A stretch of DNA of 64,000 nt from Vicinamibacterales bacterium (GCA_965243615.1 CBDEVO010000003.1:3347141-3411140), one strand, 5' to 3'. Positions 16,993 to 27,086 are shown, numbered from the stretch's first letter. Notes: generated from the letters alone by a model not told the origin. Numbers and translations are program-made.

Positions 16993-19062
16993 TCACCGCA
17001 GCACGTCGCTCTCCTCCGCGATCCGGACGAGCACCTCGGCGTCGTCGGGTAGCAGGAACCGGCGGGCGACCGACTCGTCGGCGGCCTGCCGGACCGCGGC
17101 CACGAAGCCCGCGTGGTCGCCGTAGCGCTCCTCCAGCGACAGCCGCGGGTCTCCGCTCGCCATCCGCTCCGCGCGCGTCCGGGCGAAGGGGAAGAACGAC
17201 CCCGTCAGCGAGCAGAGGTCGCGCCCGCGGGGGCCGGCCGCGTGCAGGTTCCAGCCGGTGTTGGTGCCCACCGGCGCCGCGATGTCCACGGTGTGGATGC
17301 CGGCGACGTCGTGCCCGTCGCGGTCCGTCGTCGGCACGAGCACCCGGTATGACCCGCCGCGCGCCGGCGGCAGCACCGTCTGGCGGCCGCCCCCGGCGCC
17401 GAACGTGGGGCCGAAGCCGAGGGCGTCGAGCCCGTTCACCCGCGTCGGGAACGTGACGCCGGGAATGGCCGGGAACGTGCGCGCCACCTCGTCGACGGTG
17501 GCGAGCGTCCCGCGGCGCACGTCGGGGTAGCGGCTCGCGGGCGGCTCGATGCCGCGGTCGGCCCAGTCGTCCATCGCCACGAGGAGCGCGCGCATCGCCG
17601 GCGCCGCGCTCCGGTAGGTGTTCGTCACGTACGCGCAGGCGCCGAGGTCGGTGGGCCGTGCCCCGACCCCCGCCGCCCCGCCGTGGGGGTGGCTGGCCAG
17701 CAGGTAGAAGCGGACGTTGCCGGGCACCGGCACCGGGTCGCCGTGCCCGTCGTGGACGTTCAGCGACGCCTTCATCTGCCAGAACTCGTTGCTCGTGTCG
17801 ACGTGGAAGACGAGCGGATCGGTGGCGGGCCGCTTGAGGATGCCGTCGCGCACGTTCGTCACCGGGTCGGTGGTCACCGCGTAGGTCAGCGGCGGGACCG
17901 ACTGCGACGTGAAGTCGGGCGTCCGGTCCTGGCGCGAGTAGATGTTGGGGTCGGCGAACTCGACGTTCGCGAACAGCCGGTGGGACCCGGGGATGTGGAT
18001 GCGGACGGCGTCGAACACCCGCCGGTGTCCCTCGTCCTCGTTGAAGCCCAGATATAGCCAGTCGCGCAGGTACATCCCCGTCGACGAGATGCCGAGCCCG
18101 TAGGCGCGGCGGATGCCGGTCGCGTCGGCGCTCGCGGCGAGGGGGTTCGGCGTCCCCGCGTCGTCGGCCGTCTCGTAGCGCAGGAACGAGGCGAGGTCCC
18201 GGGTGACCGCGTAGCCGAGGCCCATGACCCATGGGTTCTTCGCGGGGTAGATCAGCTCGTACACCTTGTCGGGGTCGAACCCGTCGAAGAGGCAGATGTC
18301 GGTGGTCGAGGGCGCGAGCGACGCCTCGCCCGACGGGCACGTCCCGAACGCCCAGCCGCCGGCCGCGACCGGCCGGCGCTCGCCGTCGATGGCGTCGCGG
18401 ACCGTCAGCGTCGAGAGCGCCGTGTCGGTGTCGGCAGTCTCGTAGCTCACGAAGCGGTCGTTCCCCTTGAGGGGGAGCGTGTGGGTGACGGCGCCGGACG
18501 CCGTCGGGTCGGACGGGTACTCGATGCGGACGCGCGAGACGATGGGGCTGCCGTCGGCCTGCGCCGCGACCGGCAGGTTGGCCCCGAGCCGCGTCGCCGT
18601 CGTCACCACGTCGCCGGCCCAGCCCGCGTCCACCAGGGTGTAGCCGAGGCGAAAGAACAGCCCGTCGTCGGCGCCGGGACCGGTCGACGGGAAGGTGTGG
18701 AAGCCGAGCTCGATGGCGTTCCCGCGGTTGTTGATGCCGTACAGCAGCTTGCGGTTGCCGCGCGCCATGTCGACCGGCTTGACGATGAAGAACGGCGCGC
18801 TGAACTCGACCAGCCCCCGCTCGTTGCGCGGCGCGCGGTCGAGGTTGACGATCACCGCGTTCAGCGGATTGGCGGGGTCGACCTCCATGTGAACGGTGCC
18901 GTCGAGGCGCTCGAACGGACCAACGTCGCCGAACGCTTGGCCGCCGGCGTACGGCGTCGTCCGCTCGACGACGATCCGCACCACCCGCGCATCCGCCGCC
19001 GGCGCCGCCAGGGCGGCGAGCAGACTGCCCAGAACCACGAGTGCGAATGTTCGTCTCATCAC
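16993..19062 (-). CDS. Secreted alpha/beta hydrolase-domain protein (Abhydrolase_10/tannase-like)
   Basis: Signal peptide, VEFSAPFFIVKP, LLYGINNRG, GISSTG nucleophile-elbow-like motif, YLLASHPHG, DRDGHDVAGI. Confidence 0.8.
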   Translation of the reverse strand: MMRRTFALVVLGSLLAALAAPAADARVVRIVVERTTPYAGGQAFGDVGPFERLDGTVHMEVDPANPLNAVIVNLDRAPRNERGLVEFSAPFFIVKPVDMARGNRKLLYGINNRGNAIELGFHTFPSTGPGADDGLFFRLGYTLVDAGWAGDVVTTATRLGANLPVAAQADGSPIVSRVRIEYPSDPTASGAVTHTLPLKGNDRFVSYETADTDTALSTLTVRDAIDGERRPVAAGGWAFGTCPSGEASLAPSTTDICLFDGFDPDKVYELIYPAKNPWVMGLGYAVTRDLASFLRYETADDAGTPNPLAASADATGIRRAYGLGISSTGMYLRDWLYLGFNEDEGHRRVFDAVRIHIPGSHRLFANVEFADPNIYSRQDRTPDFTSQSVPPLTYAVTTDPVTNVRDGILKRPATDPLVFHVDTSNEFWQMKASLNVHDGHGDPVPVPGNVRFYLLASHPHGGAAGVGARPTDLGACAYVTNTYRSAAPAMRALLVAMDDWADRGIEPPASRYPDVRRGTLATVDEVARTFPAIPGVTFPTRVNGLDALGFGPTFGAGGGRQTVLPPARGGSYRVLVPTTDRDGHDVAGIHTVDIAAPVGTNTGWNLHAAGPRGRDLCSLTGSFFPFARTRAERMASGDPRLSLEERYGDHAGFVAAVRQAADESVARRFLLPDDAEVLVRIAEESDVLR

Positions 19063-19095
19063 GGCGTCCTCCCTGCGTTCATCCTTCTTCGGCGG

Positions 19096-19506
19096 CTACG
19101 GACGTGCGCGATACCGGGTCTCGGTGCAACTGCTGAAGTCGATGACCCCCGCCATCTTCTGCTGCAGGGCGCGGAACTCGTCGTCGCCCATCAGGATCTC
19201 GTTGAAGTCCTGGCGCATGTCCTCGTCGGGGTGCCGTTCGCTGAAGAGGATCTGATCGACGGGCCGCTCGATGTTCTGAAAGCCCGTCATCCAGCGGCCG
19301 GTCCGTGCCGACATCTCCGCGCCGGGGTACCTGCCCCCGACGATGTCGACCATCTCCCGCGCCAGGGCCTCGGCGTCCGCCTTCAGGCCCGGCACGACGT
19401 TGCAGACGCGCTGGAAGACCATCGGGGGTTCGTCCTGCCGCGCGACCTCGCCGCTCGCGATCCCGGCGGCGCCGAGCAGCAGGATGGTGACGATTGCGGT
19501 CCTCAT
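19096..19506 (-). CDS. Secreted hypothetical protein
   Basis: 136-aa ORF with signal peptide, GGAGG-like RBS and two Cys. Confidence 0.65.
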   Translation of the reverse strand: MRTAIVTILLLGAAGIASGEVARQDEPPMVFQRVCNVVPGLKADAEALAREMVDIVGGRYPGAEMSARTGRWMTGFQNIERPVDQILFSERHPDEDMRQDFNEILMGDDEFRALQQKMAGVIDFSSCTETRYRARP

Positions 19507-19577
19507 GGAGCTGCCTCCCTCACGCGAGCGGGTTCAGGACGGAGCGCGGATTCATGCGTGCGTCGGAGCCGGGGCGG

Positions 19578-21584
19578 CTACGGTAGCGGCAGCGCCAGCG
19601 CGACGAGCTGCTCGCGGGCGTCGCCGCCCCCGACGGCGAGGACGATGTACTGCCGGCCGTCGGCGAGGTAGCTGATGGGCGCCGACGACGACCGCGCCGG
19701 CAGCTCCATCTCGAACGCCTCGTAGCCGGCCTCCTTGTCGAACGCCCGCAGCCGGTTCGACTCGATGCCCTGGCCGATGAAGAGCAGGGTCTTCGTCAGC
19801 AGCGGCCCGCCGCCCTTCTCGTAGTTGCCGAGCGGCGGCAGGTCCATGCCGCGCAGCGCCTCGTGGTCGCGGGGGCCGTCGCCGAGGGGCACGCTCCACA
19901 GCTTCTCGCCGGCGTTCAGGTCGAGGGCCGCGAGCTGCGAATAGGGCGGCTTGAAGAGGGGCAGGCCCCGCGGCCCGGGCAGGTTGCTCACCCGCGGCCG
20001 GATCGTCAGGTCGGACCGCGCGGGGTCGCCCGGCTCGAGCACCACGAACGAGAAGTGGGCCCAGCTCGGCACGTAGAGGCGGCCCGTCTCTGGGTCGAAG
20101 GCGGCGCCCCACCAGTTGGCGCCTCCGCTCCAGCCCGGCCGCACGATGTTGCCGCCCAGCGCCGGCGGCGTGTAGAGGGGGCCGGCGGTGTGCCGCTCGT
20201 AGATTGCGAGGGCCTCGGCCCGCAACTCGTCCGTGAAGTCGATCAGGTCCTCCTCGAGCGACCCGTTCGTCAGGTAGAGCGGCGGCTTCGTCGGGTACGG
20301 CTGCGTCGGCGAGGTGCGCTCGCCCGGCACCGTCGACGGCGGGACCGGCCGCTCCTCGATGGGCCACACCGGCTCGCCGGTGGCCCGGTCGAAGACGAAC
20401 GTGAACCCCTGCTTGGTGATCTGCGCGACCGCCGCGATATCGCGCCCGTCGACCGTGATGTCGATGAGGTTCGGGGCCGCCGGCAGGTCGTAGTCCCACA
20501 CCGCGTGGTGCACGAACTGGAAGTGCCACACCCGCTCGCCGGTCTCGGCGTCGAGGCAGACCAGCGAGTTCGCGAAGAGGTTGTCGCCGGGACGGTGGCC
20601 CCCGTAGTAGTCGGTCACCGGTGAGCCGATCGGCAGGTACACGTAGCCCAGCTCGGGGTCGGCGCTCATGTTCGACCAGACGTTGGCCCCGCCCGCCCAC
20701 TTCCACGAGTCGTTGCCCCAGGTCTCGTGGCCGAACTCGCCGGGCTGGGGAATCGTGTGGAAGATCCACTTCATCTCGCCGGTGCGCACGTCGTAGCCGC
20801 GGACGTGCCCCGGCGGCGCCTCCTTGCGGCCGGTGCCCTCGGTGATGGCCGAGCCGACGACGACGGTGTCGCCGGCCACGAGCGGGGCCGAGCTGACCGC
20901 GTACTGGCTCGTGTCGATGATGCGGCCGAGGCCCCGGGTGAGGTCGACCCGCCCGTTCACGCCGAAGTCGGGGTCGGGCTCGCCGGTCTTGGCGTCGACC
21001 GAGACCAGCCACGTCCGCCCGCCGGCGTAGAGCAGCCGGGCGTCCTCGCCGTCCGACCAGTAGGCGAGGCCCCGCGAGAGGAAGCCGTGCACGGCGGGTC
21101 GGCCGTCGAGGTAGAGGCCGGGGTCGTAGGTCCAGAGGGTCTCGCCGGTCGTCGGGTCGACCGCCGCGACCTGCCCGAGGTTGGTGGTGGTGTAGAGCAC
21201 GCCGTCGACGACCAGGGGGGTGACCTCGTAGGCGTAGGTGCGGAACCGGCGTCCTTCGCCAATGACCGGGTTCTCCGCCCGCAGCTTCTCGTCGACCGAC
21301 GTCCAGGTCCACGCGATCTCGAGCCGGTCGACGTTGTCCGCGGTGATCTGGTCGAGCGGCGTGTACTTCGTGTGGCCGGGGTCGCCCCCGTAGAAACGCC
21401 ACTCCTTCGGGTCGGCGCCGGCCTGGGCGAGCGCTTCCGGTGGCCCCGTCGCCGCGACCGCCAACAGCAGCATGCCGACCAGGCCGCGTGCCGTCCGCGC
21501 GACCTCGCGGTCGTGTCGGAAGTCTCGCCGGCTCGAAGCCCCTTCGGCGCAAGCGCCTGGCGTACCGCTCCATTGCATGGTCAA
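19578..21584 (-). CDS. PQQ-dependent dehydrogenase, quinoprotein glucose dehydrogenase-like, paralog 2
   Basis: EWRFYGGDPGHTKYTPLDQIT, WHFQFVHHAVWDYDLPAAP, KPPYSQLAAL. True start may be downstream. Confidence 0.92.
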   Translation of the reverse strand: MTMQWSGTPGACAEGASSRRDFRHDREVARTARGLVGMLLLAVAATGPPEALAQAGADPKEWRFYGGDPGHTKYTPLDQITADNVDRLEIAWTWTSVDEKLRAENPVIGEGRRFRTYAYEVTPLVVDGVLYTTTNLGQVAAVDPTTGETLWTYDPGLYLDGRPAVHGFLSRGLAYWSDGEDARLLYAGGRTWLVSVDAKTGEPDPDFGVNGRVDLTRGLGRIIDTSQYAVSSAPLVAGDTVVVGSAITEGTGRKEAPPGHVRGYDVRTGEMKWIFHTIPQPGEFGHETWGNDSWKWAGGANVWSNMSADPELGYVYLPIGSPVTDYYGGHRPGDNLFANSLVCLDAETGERVWHFQFVHHAVWDYDLPAAPNLIDITVDGRDIAAVAQITKQGFTFVFDRATGEPVWPIEERPVPPSTVPGERTSPTQPYPTKPPLYLTNGSLEEDLIDFTDELRAEALAIYERHTAGPLYTPPALGGNIVRPGWSGGANWWGAAFDPETGRLYVPSWAHFSFVVLEPGDPARSDLTIRPRVSNLPGPRGLPLFKPPYSQLAALDLNAGEKLWSVPLGDGPRDHEALRGMDLPPLGNYEKGGGPLLTKTLLFIGQGIESNRLRAFDKEAGYEAFEMELPARSSSAPISYLADGRQYIVLAVGGGDAREQLVALALPLP

Positions 21585-21624
21585 CCCTCCGCAGATTACG
21601 CGGATACGATCTTATGCCAGCCAT

Positions 21625-21712
21625 GAGTCTGCGACGTAGAAGGGCGCGGACTCCTGGACGATTGGTTGGGCGCCGGGCGGAGGCCGCTGCGCGACCTTGC
21701 GGTCGCGCTGGT
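21625..21712 (+). repeat. Dispersed structured intergenic repeat, copy A
   Basis: gagtctgcgacgtagaagggcgcggactcctgg..ttggttgggcgcc..gcggaggccgc..gctggt; matches 58225-58319 and the reverse complement of 60795-60883. Confidence 0.7.
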
Positions 21713-21769
21713 AGTCTCGCCGTCGCGAGAACGCTTACGGCGACGATTGGCGGGCGAGGACCGCCGCAC

Positions 21770-24115
21770 GTGACCCACATCGAGATTCGGGGCGCCCGGA
21801 CCCACAACCTGAAGGGCATCGACGTCGACGTCCCCAAGCACCGGCTCGTCGCCTTCACCGGCGTGAGCGGCAGCGGGAAGTCGTCGCTCGTCTTCGACAC
21901 CATCTGCACCGAGGCGCAGCGCCAGCTCGTCGAGACGTTCAGCACCTATGCCCGCCGCCGCCTGCCGCAGCTCACGCGCCCGCCCGTAGAGGCCATCCGG
22001 AACATCTCGCCGTGCATCGTCATCGACCAGAAGCGCCTCGGCGCGAGCAGCCGCAGCACCGTCGGCACCGTCACCGAGGTCTACACCTACCTGCGGATGC
22101 TGTTCTCGCGCTGCGGGCGGCCGCACGTGGGCTGGTCGCACCGCTTCTCGTTCAACCATCCCGACGGCATGTGCACCGCCTGCAAGGGCCTCGGCAAGCG
22201 GGTCCGCATCGACGTCGACGAGCTGCTCGACCTCGACCGGAGCGTCGAGGAGGGCGCCATCCGCCACCCGAGCTACGCCATCGGCAAGTGGTACTGGCGG
22301 GAGATCGTCGGCTCCCGGGTGGTCCCGCCGGACAAGTCGCTCCGGCGGTTCAGCGAGGCCGAGATGCAGCGGCTGCTCTGGGCCGACGGTCTGATCGTCA
22401 GGAAGGTCCACCAGGGCGAGACCTACGAGCGGCCCTTCGACGGGGTGGCCCGCAAGCTCGAGCGGCTCCACGTCGACAAGAACGAGGACCAGATCCCGAA
22501 GGTGGCGCGGGAGGCGTACCGGCGGCTGTTCCGCGAGCGGCCCTGCCCCGATTGCGGCGGCGCCCGGCTGAACCTCGCCGCGCTGGCAGTCGAGCTGGCC
22601 GGCGGCTGGACCATCGGGCGGCTCGTCGAGTGCGAGCTGACCGAGCTGGACCGGGCGCTCGGGGACCTCGTCGGCCACGACGACTACGCGCCGATCCGCG
22701 AAGTCGTCGAGTCGCTCGTCGCGCGGATGCGAGGGACGCTCCGGCACCTGATCGACATCGGCGTCGGCTACCTGTCGCTCAACCGCGGGGTGCCGACGCT
22801 CTCGGGCGGCGAGAGCCAGCGGGTCAAGATGGCGCGCCAGCTCGACTGCGACCTCGTCGACCTCGTCTACATCCTCGACGAGCCGACCGTCGGGCTCCAT
22901 CCGCGCGACATCGATCACCTCATCGCCATGCTGCGCCGCCTGCGCGATCAGGGCAACTCGGTGCTCGTGGTCGAGCACGACCCCGCCGTCATCCGCGCCG
23001 CGGACTGGGTGGTCGACGTCGGCCCCGGCGCCGGCGACGGCGGGGGCGAGGTGGTCTTCTCGGGTCGTCTCGACGATCTGCTGCGGGCCGACGGCGCCAC
23101 TTCATACGCCCTGCGGGACGGGGTCGCCCCGGCGCGGCGGTGCCGCCGGCCGTTCCGCGACACGCTGGTCATCGAGAACGCGAGCGCCAACAACCTGCGC
23201 AACGTCTCGGTCCGGTTACCGAGGGGCGTGCTGACGTGCATCACCGGGGTCGCCGGGTCCGGCAAGAGCTCGCTCGTCGCCGAGCTCGTCGACACCCTGC
23301 GGCGCGATCCGGCCGAGGGCGGGCGCGGGGTCGAGGTCGTCGTCGTCGATCAGCGCCCCGTCGGACGCTCGTCGCGCTCCAACCCCGCCACCTACGTCGG
23401 GGTGTTCGACCCGGTCCGCAAGCTGTTCGCCGCCGCCAACCGCGTCGCGCCGTCGCTGTTCAGCTTCAACGCCGAGGGCTCGTGCCCGGAATGCAAGGGT
23501 CGGGGCTACCTCGAGGTCGAGCTGTCGTTCCTCGACGACGTGCGCCTCGACTGCAAGGTGTGCGAGGGCCGCCGGTACCGGGACGACGTCCTGGAGCTCA
23601 CGTGGCGAGGGCGGTCCATCCACGACGTCCTCGAGATGACGGTCACCGACGCCCTGGCCTTCTTCGCCTCGGGCGAAGGCGGTGGCGGCCGGGCGCGGCT
23701 CGCCGCCATCGGGCGCGGCCTGCAGCTTCTCGCCGACGTCGGCGTCGGCTACCTGCGCCTGGGCCAGTCCCTGTCCACCCTCTCCGGCGGCGAGGCGCAG
23801 CGCCTGAAGCTCGCGGCCGAGCTGACGCGGTCGGGCAACGTCTACGTCATGGACGAGCCGACTACCGGCCTCCACCCCGCCGATATCGACCGGTTGCTCG
23901 CGATCGTCGACCGGCTCCTCGCGGGCGGCAACACCGTGGTCGTCATCGAGCACAACCTCGATGTCGTCGCCGCCGCGGACTGGATCGTCGACCTCGGCCC
24001 GGAGGGGGGCAGGGCGGGGGGGCGCATCGTCGCCGAGGGCACGCCGGAGGCGGTCGCCGAGCGGCACGCGGTCAGCCACACCGGGCGCTACCTGAAGGAG
24101 CGGCTCGGGCCGTAG
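21770..24115 (+). CDS. UvrA-like ABC ATPase, short class II (UvrA2/DrrC type)
   Basis: GARTHNLKGIDV, GVSGSGKSSL, LSGGESQR, GVAGSGKSSL, LSGGEAQRLKLA and CxxC zinc fingers; about 781 aa; GTG start at 21770. Confidence 0.9.
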   Translation: MTHIEIRGARTHNLKGIDVDVPKHRLVAFTGVSGSGKSSLVFDTICTEAQRQLVETFSTYARRRLPQLTRPPVEAIRNISPCIVIDQKRLGASSRSTVGTVTEVYTYLRMLFSRCGRPHVGWSHRFSFNHPDGMCTACKGLGKRVRIDVDELLDLDRSVEEGAIRHPSYAIGKWYWREIVGSRVVPPDKSLRRFSEAEMQRLLWADGLIVRKVHQGETYERPFDGVARKLERLHVDKNEDQIPKVAREAYRRLFRERPCPDCGGARLNLAALAVELAGGWTIGRLVECELTELDRALGDLVGHDDYAPIREVVESLVARMRGTLRHLIDIGVGYLSLNRGVPTLSGGESQRVKMARQLDCDLVDLVYILDEPTVGLHPRDIDHLIAMLRRLRDQGNSVLVVEHDPAVIRAADWVVDVGPGAGDGGGEVVFSGRLDDLLRADGATSYALRDGVAPARRCRRPFRDTLVIENASANNLRNVSVRLPRGVLTCITGVAGSGKSSLVAELVDTLRRDPAEGGRGVEVVVVDQRPVGRSSRSNPATYVGVFDPVRKLFAAANRVAPSLFSFNAEGSCPECKGRGYLEVELSFLDDVRLDCKVCEGRRYRDDVLELTWRGRSIHDVLEMTVTDALAFFASGEGGGGRARLAAIGRGLQLLADVGVGYLRLGQSLSTLSGGEAQRLKLAAELTRSGNVYVMDEPTTGLHPADIDRLLAIVDRLLAGGNTVVVIEHNLDVVAAADWIVDLGPEGGRAGGRIVAEGTPEAVAERHAVSHTGRYLKERLGP

Positions 24116-24313
24116 GCCGGTCGACGATCCTCCCATCGAACGCGACGCATGCCTTCCTTCCGTCGCAGCGCGAGAGACTCCTCGTCGCCGGTCCGGATTC
24201 CCCTTGGGATGGTGACGGGAATCACCTTGCCACGTGCATGTGCGGGACACCGTGGAAGACGGGCTGCGTCGGGGTGGGGGTAGTAGTTTGCAGGTCCGTA
24301 TCGATCACGGTCG

Positions 24314-24462
24314 TTACACCAGCTCGAGGTGGACGCTCAGCCCCGAAGAGCCGGCCAGCTTTCGGTCCGCGGTAACCAGCGGCTCCCCGAGCGCTTCCGC
24401 CAGAGCCACGTAGACCGCGTCATACGCGGTGACGTTGTCGCGAAGGCTCCAGACCCTGTCCA
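24314..24462 (-). pseudogene. 3' fragment of a VapC/PIN toxin
   Basis: Minus strand reads LDRVWSLRDNVTAYDAVYVALAEALGEPLVTADRKLA...LELV then TAA; no matching N-terminus upstream. Confidence 0.75.
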
Positions 24463-24588
24463 GAGCGTTATTCGAGCCGACGCGCCGCGAGACACGAGGT
24501 CCTTGCCGCCGGGCACGCGGTCGGTCACGGGGGCGCTACCCCGAGGAGAAGCTGGAGCGACGCGGCGCGGTCCGGCCGCGATGAGGGG

Positions 24589-24642
24589 TTGACATGCAGG
24601 TTTCGAGCTGCTAATTTGTTGGCCAGTAGCTAAAAAGTTAAC
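24589..24642 (+). promoter_or_regulatory. Sigma70 promoter (TTGACA-N17-TAATTT, extended -10) with two candidate operators GCTAA-N4-TT(G/A)(G/A)C
   Basis: TTGACA 24589-24594; TGC-TAATTT 24609-24617; GCTAATTTGTTGGC 24610-24623; GCTAAAAAGTTAAC 24629-24642. Confidence 0.7.
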
Positions 24643-24682
24643 ATATTGCCCGCAGCCGCCCCGGCGGCGATCCCCGAAGCCC

Positions 24683-25150
24683 ATGACCATACCCTGGCAC
24701 AGCCGCCTGTCGCGCCGCGAGCGACAGATCATGGACATTCTCTTCCGGCACGGCCGGGCCCCGGCCAGCGTCGTGCGGGACGAGCTGCCGGGCGATCTCA
24801 GCTCGTCGACGGTCCGCACGCAACTGCGGATTCTCGAGAGGAAGGGACACGTGCGCCACGACGAGGAGGGGCTGCGCTACGTGTACCGTCCGGTCACGTC
24901 GCCGCGGACGGCGCGCCGATCGGCGTTGCGTCACCTCGTCGACACGTTCTTCGAGGGGTCCGCCGAGCGGGCGGTGGCCGCGTTGCTCGGCGGCGAGGCC
25001 AGGCGTCTGACCGACCCCGAGCTGGACCGCATCGCGCGGATCGTCACGGAGGCGAGAGGGGGGCAGCGGGCCGGAGAGCGTCAGGGCGGCGCGCCGGCCG
25101 GCCCGCGGCCGGAGCGCAGCCCGCGACGAAAGCGGGAGGAGCCGCGATGA
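24683..25150 (+). CDS. BlaI/MecI/CopY family transcriptional repressor
   Basis: LSRRERQIMDIL, STVRTQLRILERKGHV, LVDTFFEGS; ATGA overlap with the M56 gene. Confidence 0.92.
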   Translation: MTIPWHSRLSRRERQIMDILFRHGRAPASVVRDELPGDLSSSTVRTQLRILERKGHVRHDEEGLRYVYRPVTSPRTARRSALRHLVDTFFEGSAERAVAALLGGEARRLTDPELDRIARIVTEARGGQRAGERQGGAPAGPRPERSPRRKREEPR

Positions 25151-26871
25151 TCCCGCTCGCAGCGCTGACCTTCAAGGTGTCGGCCATCCTGCTCCTCGCC
25201 CTGGCCGGCGCGCTGTGCCTGCGGCCGAGGTCGGCCGACGCGAGGCACTGGGTCCTGACCGTCGGCGTCGTGGCGGCGTGCGCGGCCCCGGTCATCCACG
25301 TCCTTCCGCTCCTGCCCGGCGTGCAGGCGGCCCCCGTCGGGCCGCTCGCGTGGAGCGCCGGGCCGGTGTTCGAAGCGCTCCGCCTGCGTCCCTACGTGGC
25401 CCCGCTCACCGAACCGGCCGGCCCCGGCGCCGCGTTGCCCCCGGTGGAGCGGGGTCCTTCGGGGCGCCGATCGGGCTCGTCGCGACCGGTTGCGGTGGCC
25501 GCGATCGACGCGGCCGCGGGCCGGCTCGGCGCGGCGATCTGGTTGACGGGCGCCGCCGGCGGTGTCGGCGTGCTGCTCGTCGGACTGGCGAGGCTCCGCC
25601 GCCTCCGCGCGTCGGCGCGGCGGGTGACGGGAGGGCCGTGGCATCGGCTGTGCGGCGACCTCGCGCGGTCGTGCGGCTGCCGGCGCGGCGTCGATCTCCT
25701 GCTGGGGCCGGCCCCCGGGCTGGTGGCGACGTGGGGCTGGCGGCGGCCCGTCGTCATGCTGCCGGAATCGGCGTCGGGGTGGCCGGCGGAACGGATGCGG
25801 GTCGTGCTGCTCCACGAGCTCGCGCACGCGCGCCGCGGCGACTGGGTGGTGCAGGTGGCGGCCGAGGCGCTGTCGTGCGTCTGGTGGTTCAATCCGCTGG
25901 CGTGGGTGCTTCGGGCGCGGCTCCGCCGCGAGAGCGAGCAGGCCGCCGACGACCTCGTGCTCACGCACGGCGTCGCCCCCGCCGCCTTCGCCATGCACCT
26001 CGTCGAGCTGGCGAGGGAGGTTCGGAAACACCGGCGGACGTGGTTGCCGGCGCCCACGCTGGCGCGTCCGTCACAACTGGAACGGAGGGTGTCCACCATG
26101 TTGAATCCGCGCACGAACCGGCGTCCGATGACGCGCCCCGGCCGCATCTGGAGCCTGGCGGGGATGGCCCTGGCCTCGATGCTTATCGCCAGCCTGCAGT
26201 TGGCCGCGCAGACCGCGGGCATCGCCGGCACCGTCGTCGACCAGGCCGGTCAGGTGGTGGAAAACGCCGGTCTCACGCTCACCGACCGCGGCACCGGGGA
26301 GCAGACGCGGGTGGACGGCGACGACGCCGGCCGCTTCGAGTTCGCCGACCTGGAGCCGGGCGTCTACAGCCTCATGGTCGCCAGGCCGGGCTTCGCGAGG
26401 CTGTTCCGGCGGTTCTCGCTGGAAGCGGGACAGCGGGTCGAGGAAGAGCTGGTGCTCGAGCTCGGCTCCGTGGAAGAGACGATCACGGTGACCGACACCG
26501 GCGAATCGTCCTCCGAGGTGAGGGAGATCAGCGCCGCCACGCGCGAGCGGTACATGCAGAACCGTAACGCGGGTGGCGGCTCGATAGCGCCGCCCATCAA
26601 GATCCGGGACGTCGCGCCCGTCTACCCGGCGTCCGTGCGCGGCAGCGGCTTCGAGGGCAAGGTCGTCCTGGAAGGGCTTATCACGACCGACGGCACGGTC
26701 GAGGTGCTGCAGATTCTCGCCCCGGTGGACCCGGACACGATGACGACGGTGCACCCCGACCTGGCCCGCGCCGCCGTCGAGGCGGTCGGCGGATGGCGCT
26801 ACGAGCCGACCCTGCTCCACGGCGTGCCGGTCGACACGCGGATGACCATCGACATAACTTTCCGGCCGTAG
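25147..26871 (+). CDS. M56 (BlaR1-like) metallopeptidase fused to a carboxypeptidase-regulatory-like domain and a TonB C-terminal domain
   Basis: VLLHELAHARRGDW, WWFNPL, ESEQAADD; then IAGTVVDQAG; then PVYPASV, AAVEAVGGWRYEPTLLHGVPV. Confidence 0.9.
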   Translation: MIPLAALTFKVSAILLLALAGALCLRPRSADARHWVLTVGVVAACAAPVIHVLPLLPGVQAAPVGPLAWSAGPVFEALRLRPYVAPLTEPAGPGAALPPVERGPSGRRSGSSRPVAVAAIDAAAGRLGAAIWLTGAAGGVGVLLVGLARLRRLRASARRVTGGPWHRLCGDLARSCGCRRGVDLLLGPAPGLVATWGWRRPVVMLPESASGWPAERMRVVLLHELAHARRGDWVVQVAAEALSCVWWFNPLAWVLRARLRRESEQAADDLVLTHGVAPAAFAMHLVELAREVRKHRRTWLPAPTLARPSQLERRVSTMLNPRTNRRPMTRPGRIWSLAGMALASMLIASLQLAAQTAGIAGTVVDQAGQVVENAGLTLTDRGTGEQTRVDGDDAGRFEFADLEPGVYSLMVARPGFARLFRRFSLEAGQRVEEELVLELGSVEETITVTDTGESSSEVREISAATRERYMQNRNAGGGSIAPPIKIRDVAPVYPASVRGSGFEGKVVLEGLITTDGTVEVLQILAPVDPDTMTTVHPDLARAAVEAVGGWRYEPTLLHGVPVDTRMTIDITFRP

Positions 26872-26888
26872 ACGGGGGGCCGTGCCCG

Positions 26889-27086
26889 TCAGGCGTCCAC
26901 GACCAAAGTCACCACGCGCGGGTCTTCGACACGCTTGGACGCGTCGAGCACTTCCAGCGAGACGAGGGAGCCGTCCTCACCGTAGTCGAGAATGACGCCG
27001 GGCTTGTCTTCATCGCTCTCGGCCACTGGCGCATCGCGCAGGATGAGCGTGAGCGTATCCGTGGCCTCGTCGTAGCGCGCCTTCAC
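26889..27086 (-). CDS. DUF2283 domain protein
   Basis: 65 aa, KARYDEATDTL...GVILDYGEDGSLVSLEVLDAS; GTGA overlap with the upstream gene. Confidence 0.85.
   Translation of the reverse strand: MKARYDEATDTLTLILRDAPVAESDEDKPGVILDYGEDGSLVSLEVLDASKRVEDPRVVTLVVDA

Noticed and set aside
16205-18340. 711-aa minus-strand ORF
   Set aside because: Only the last 185 codons are the cupin; the rest overlaps the hydrolase gene out of frame.
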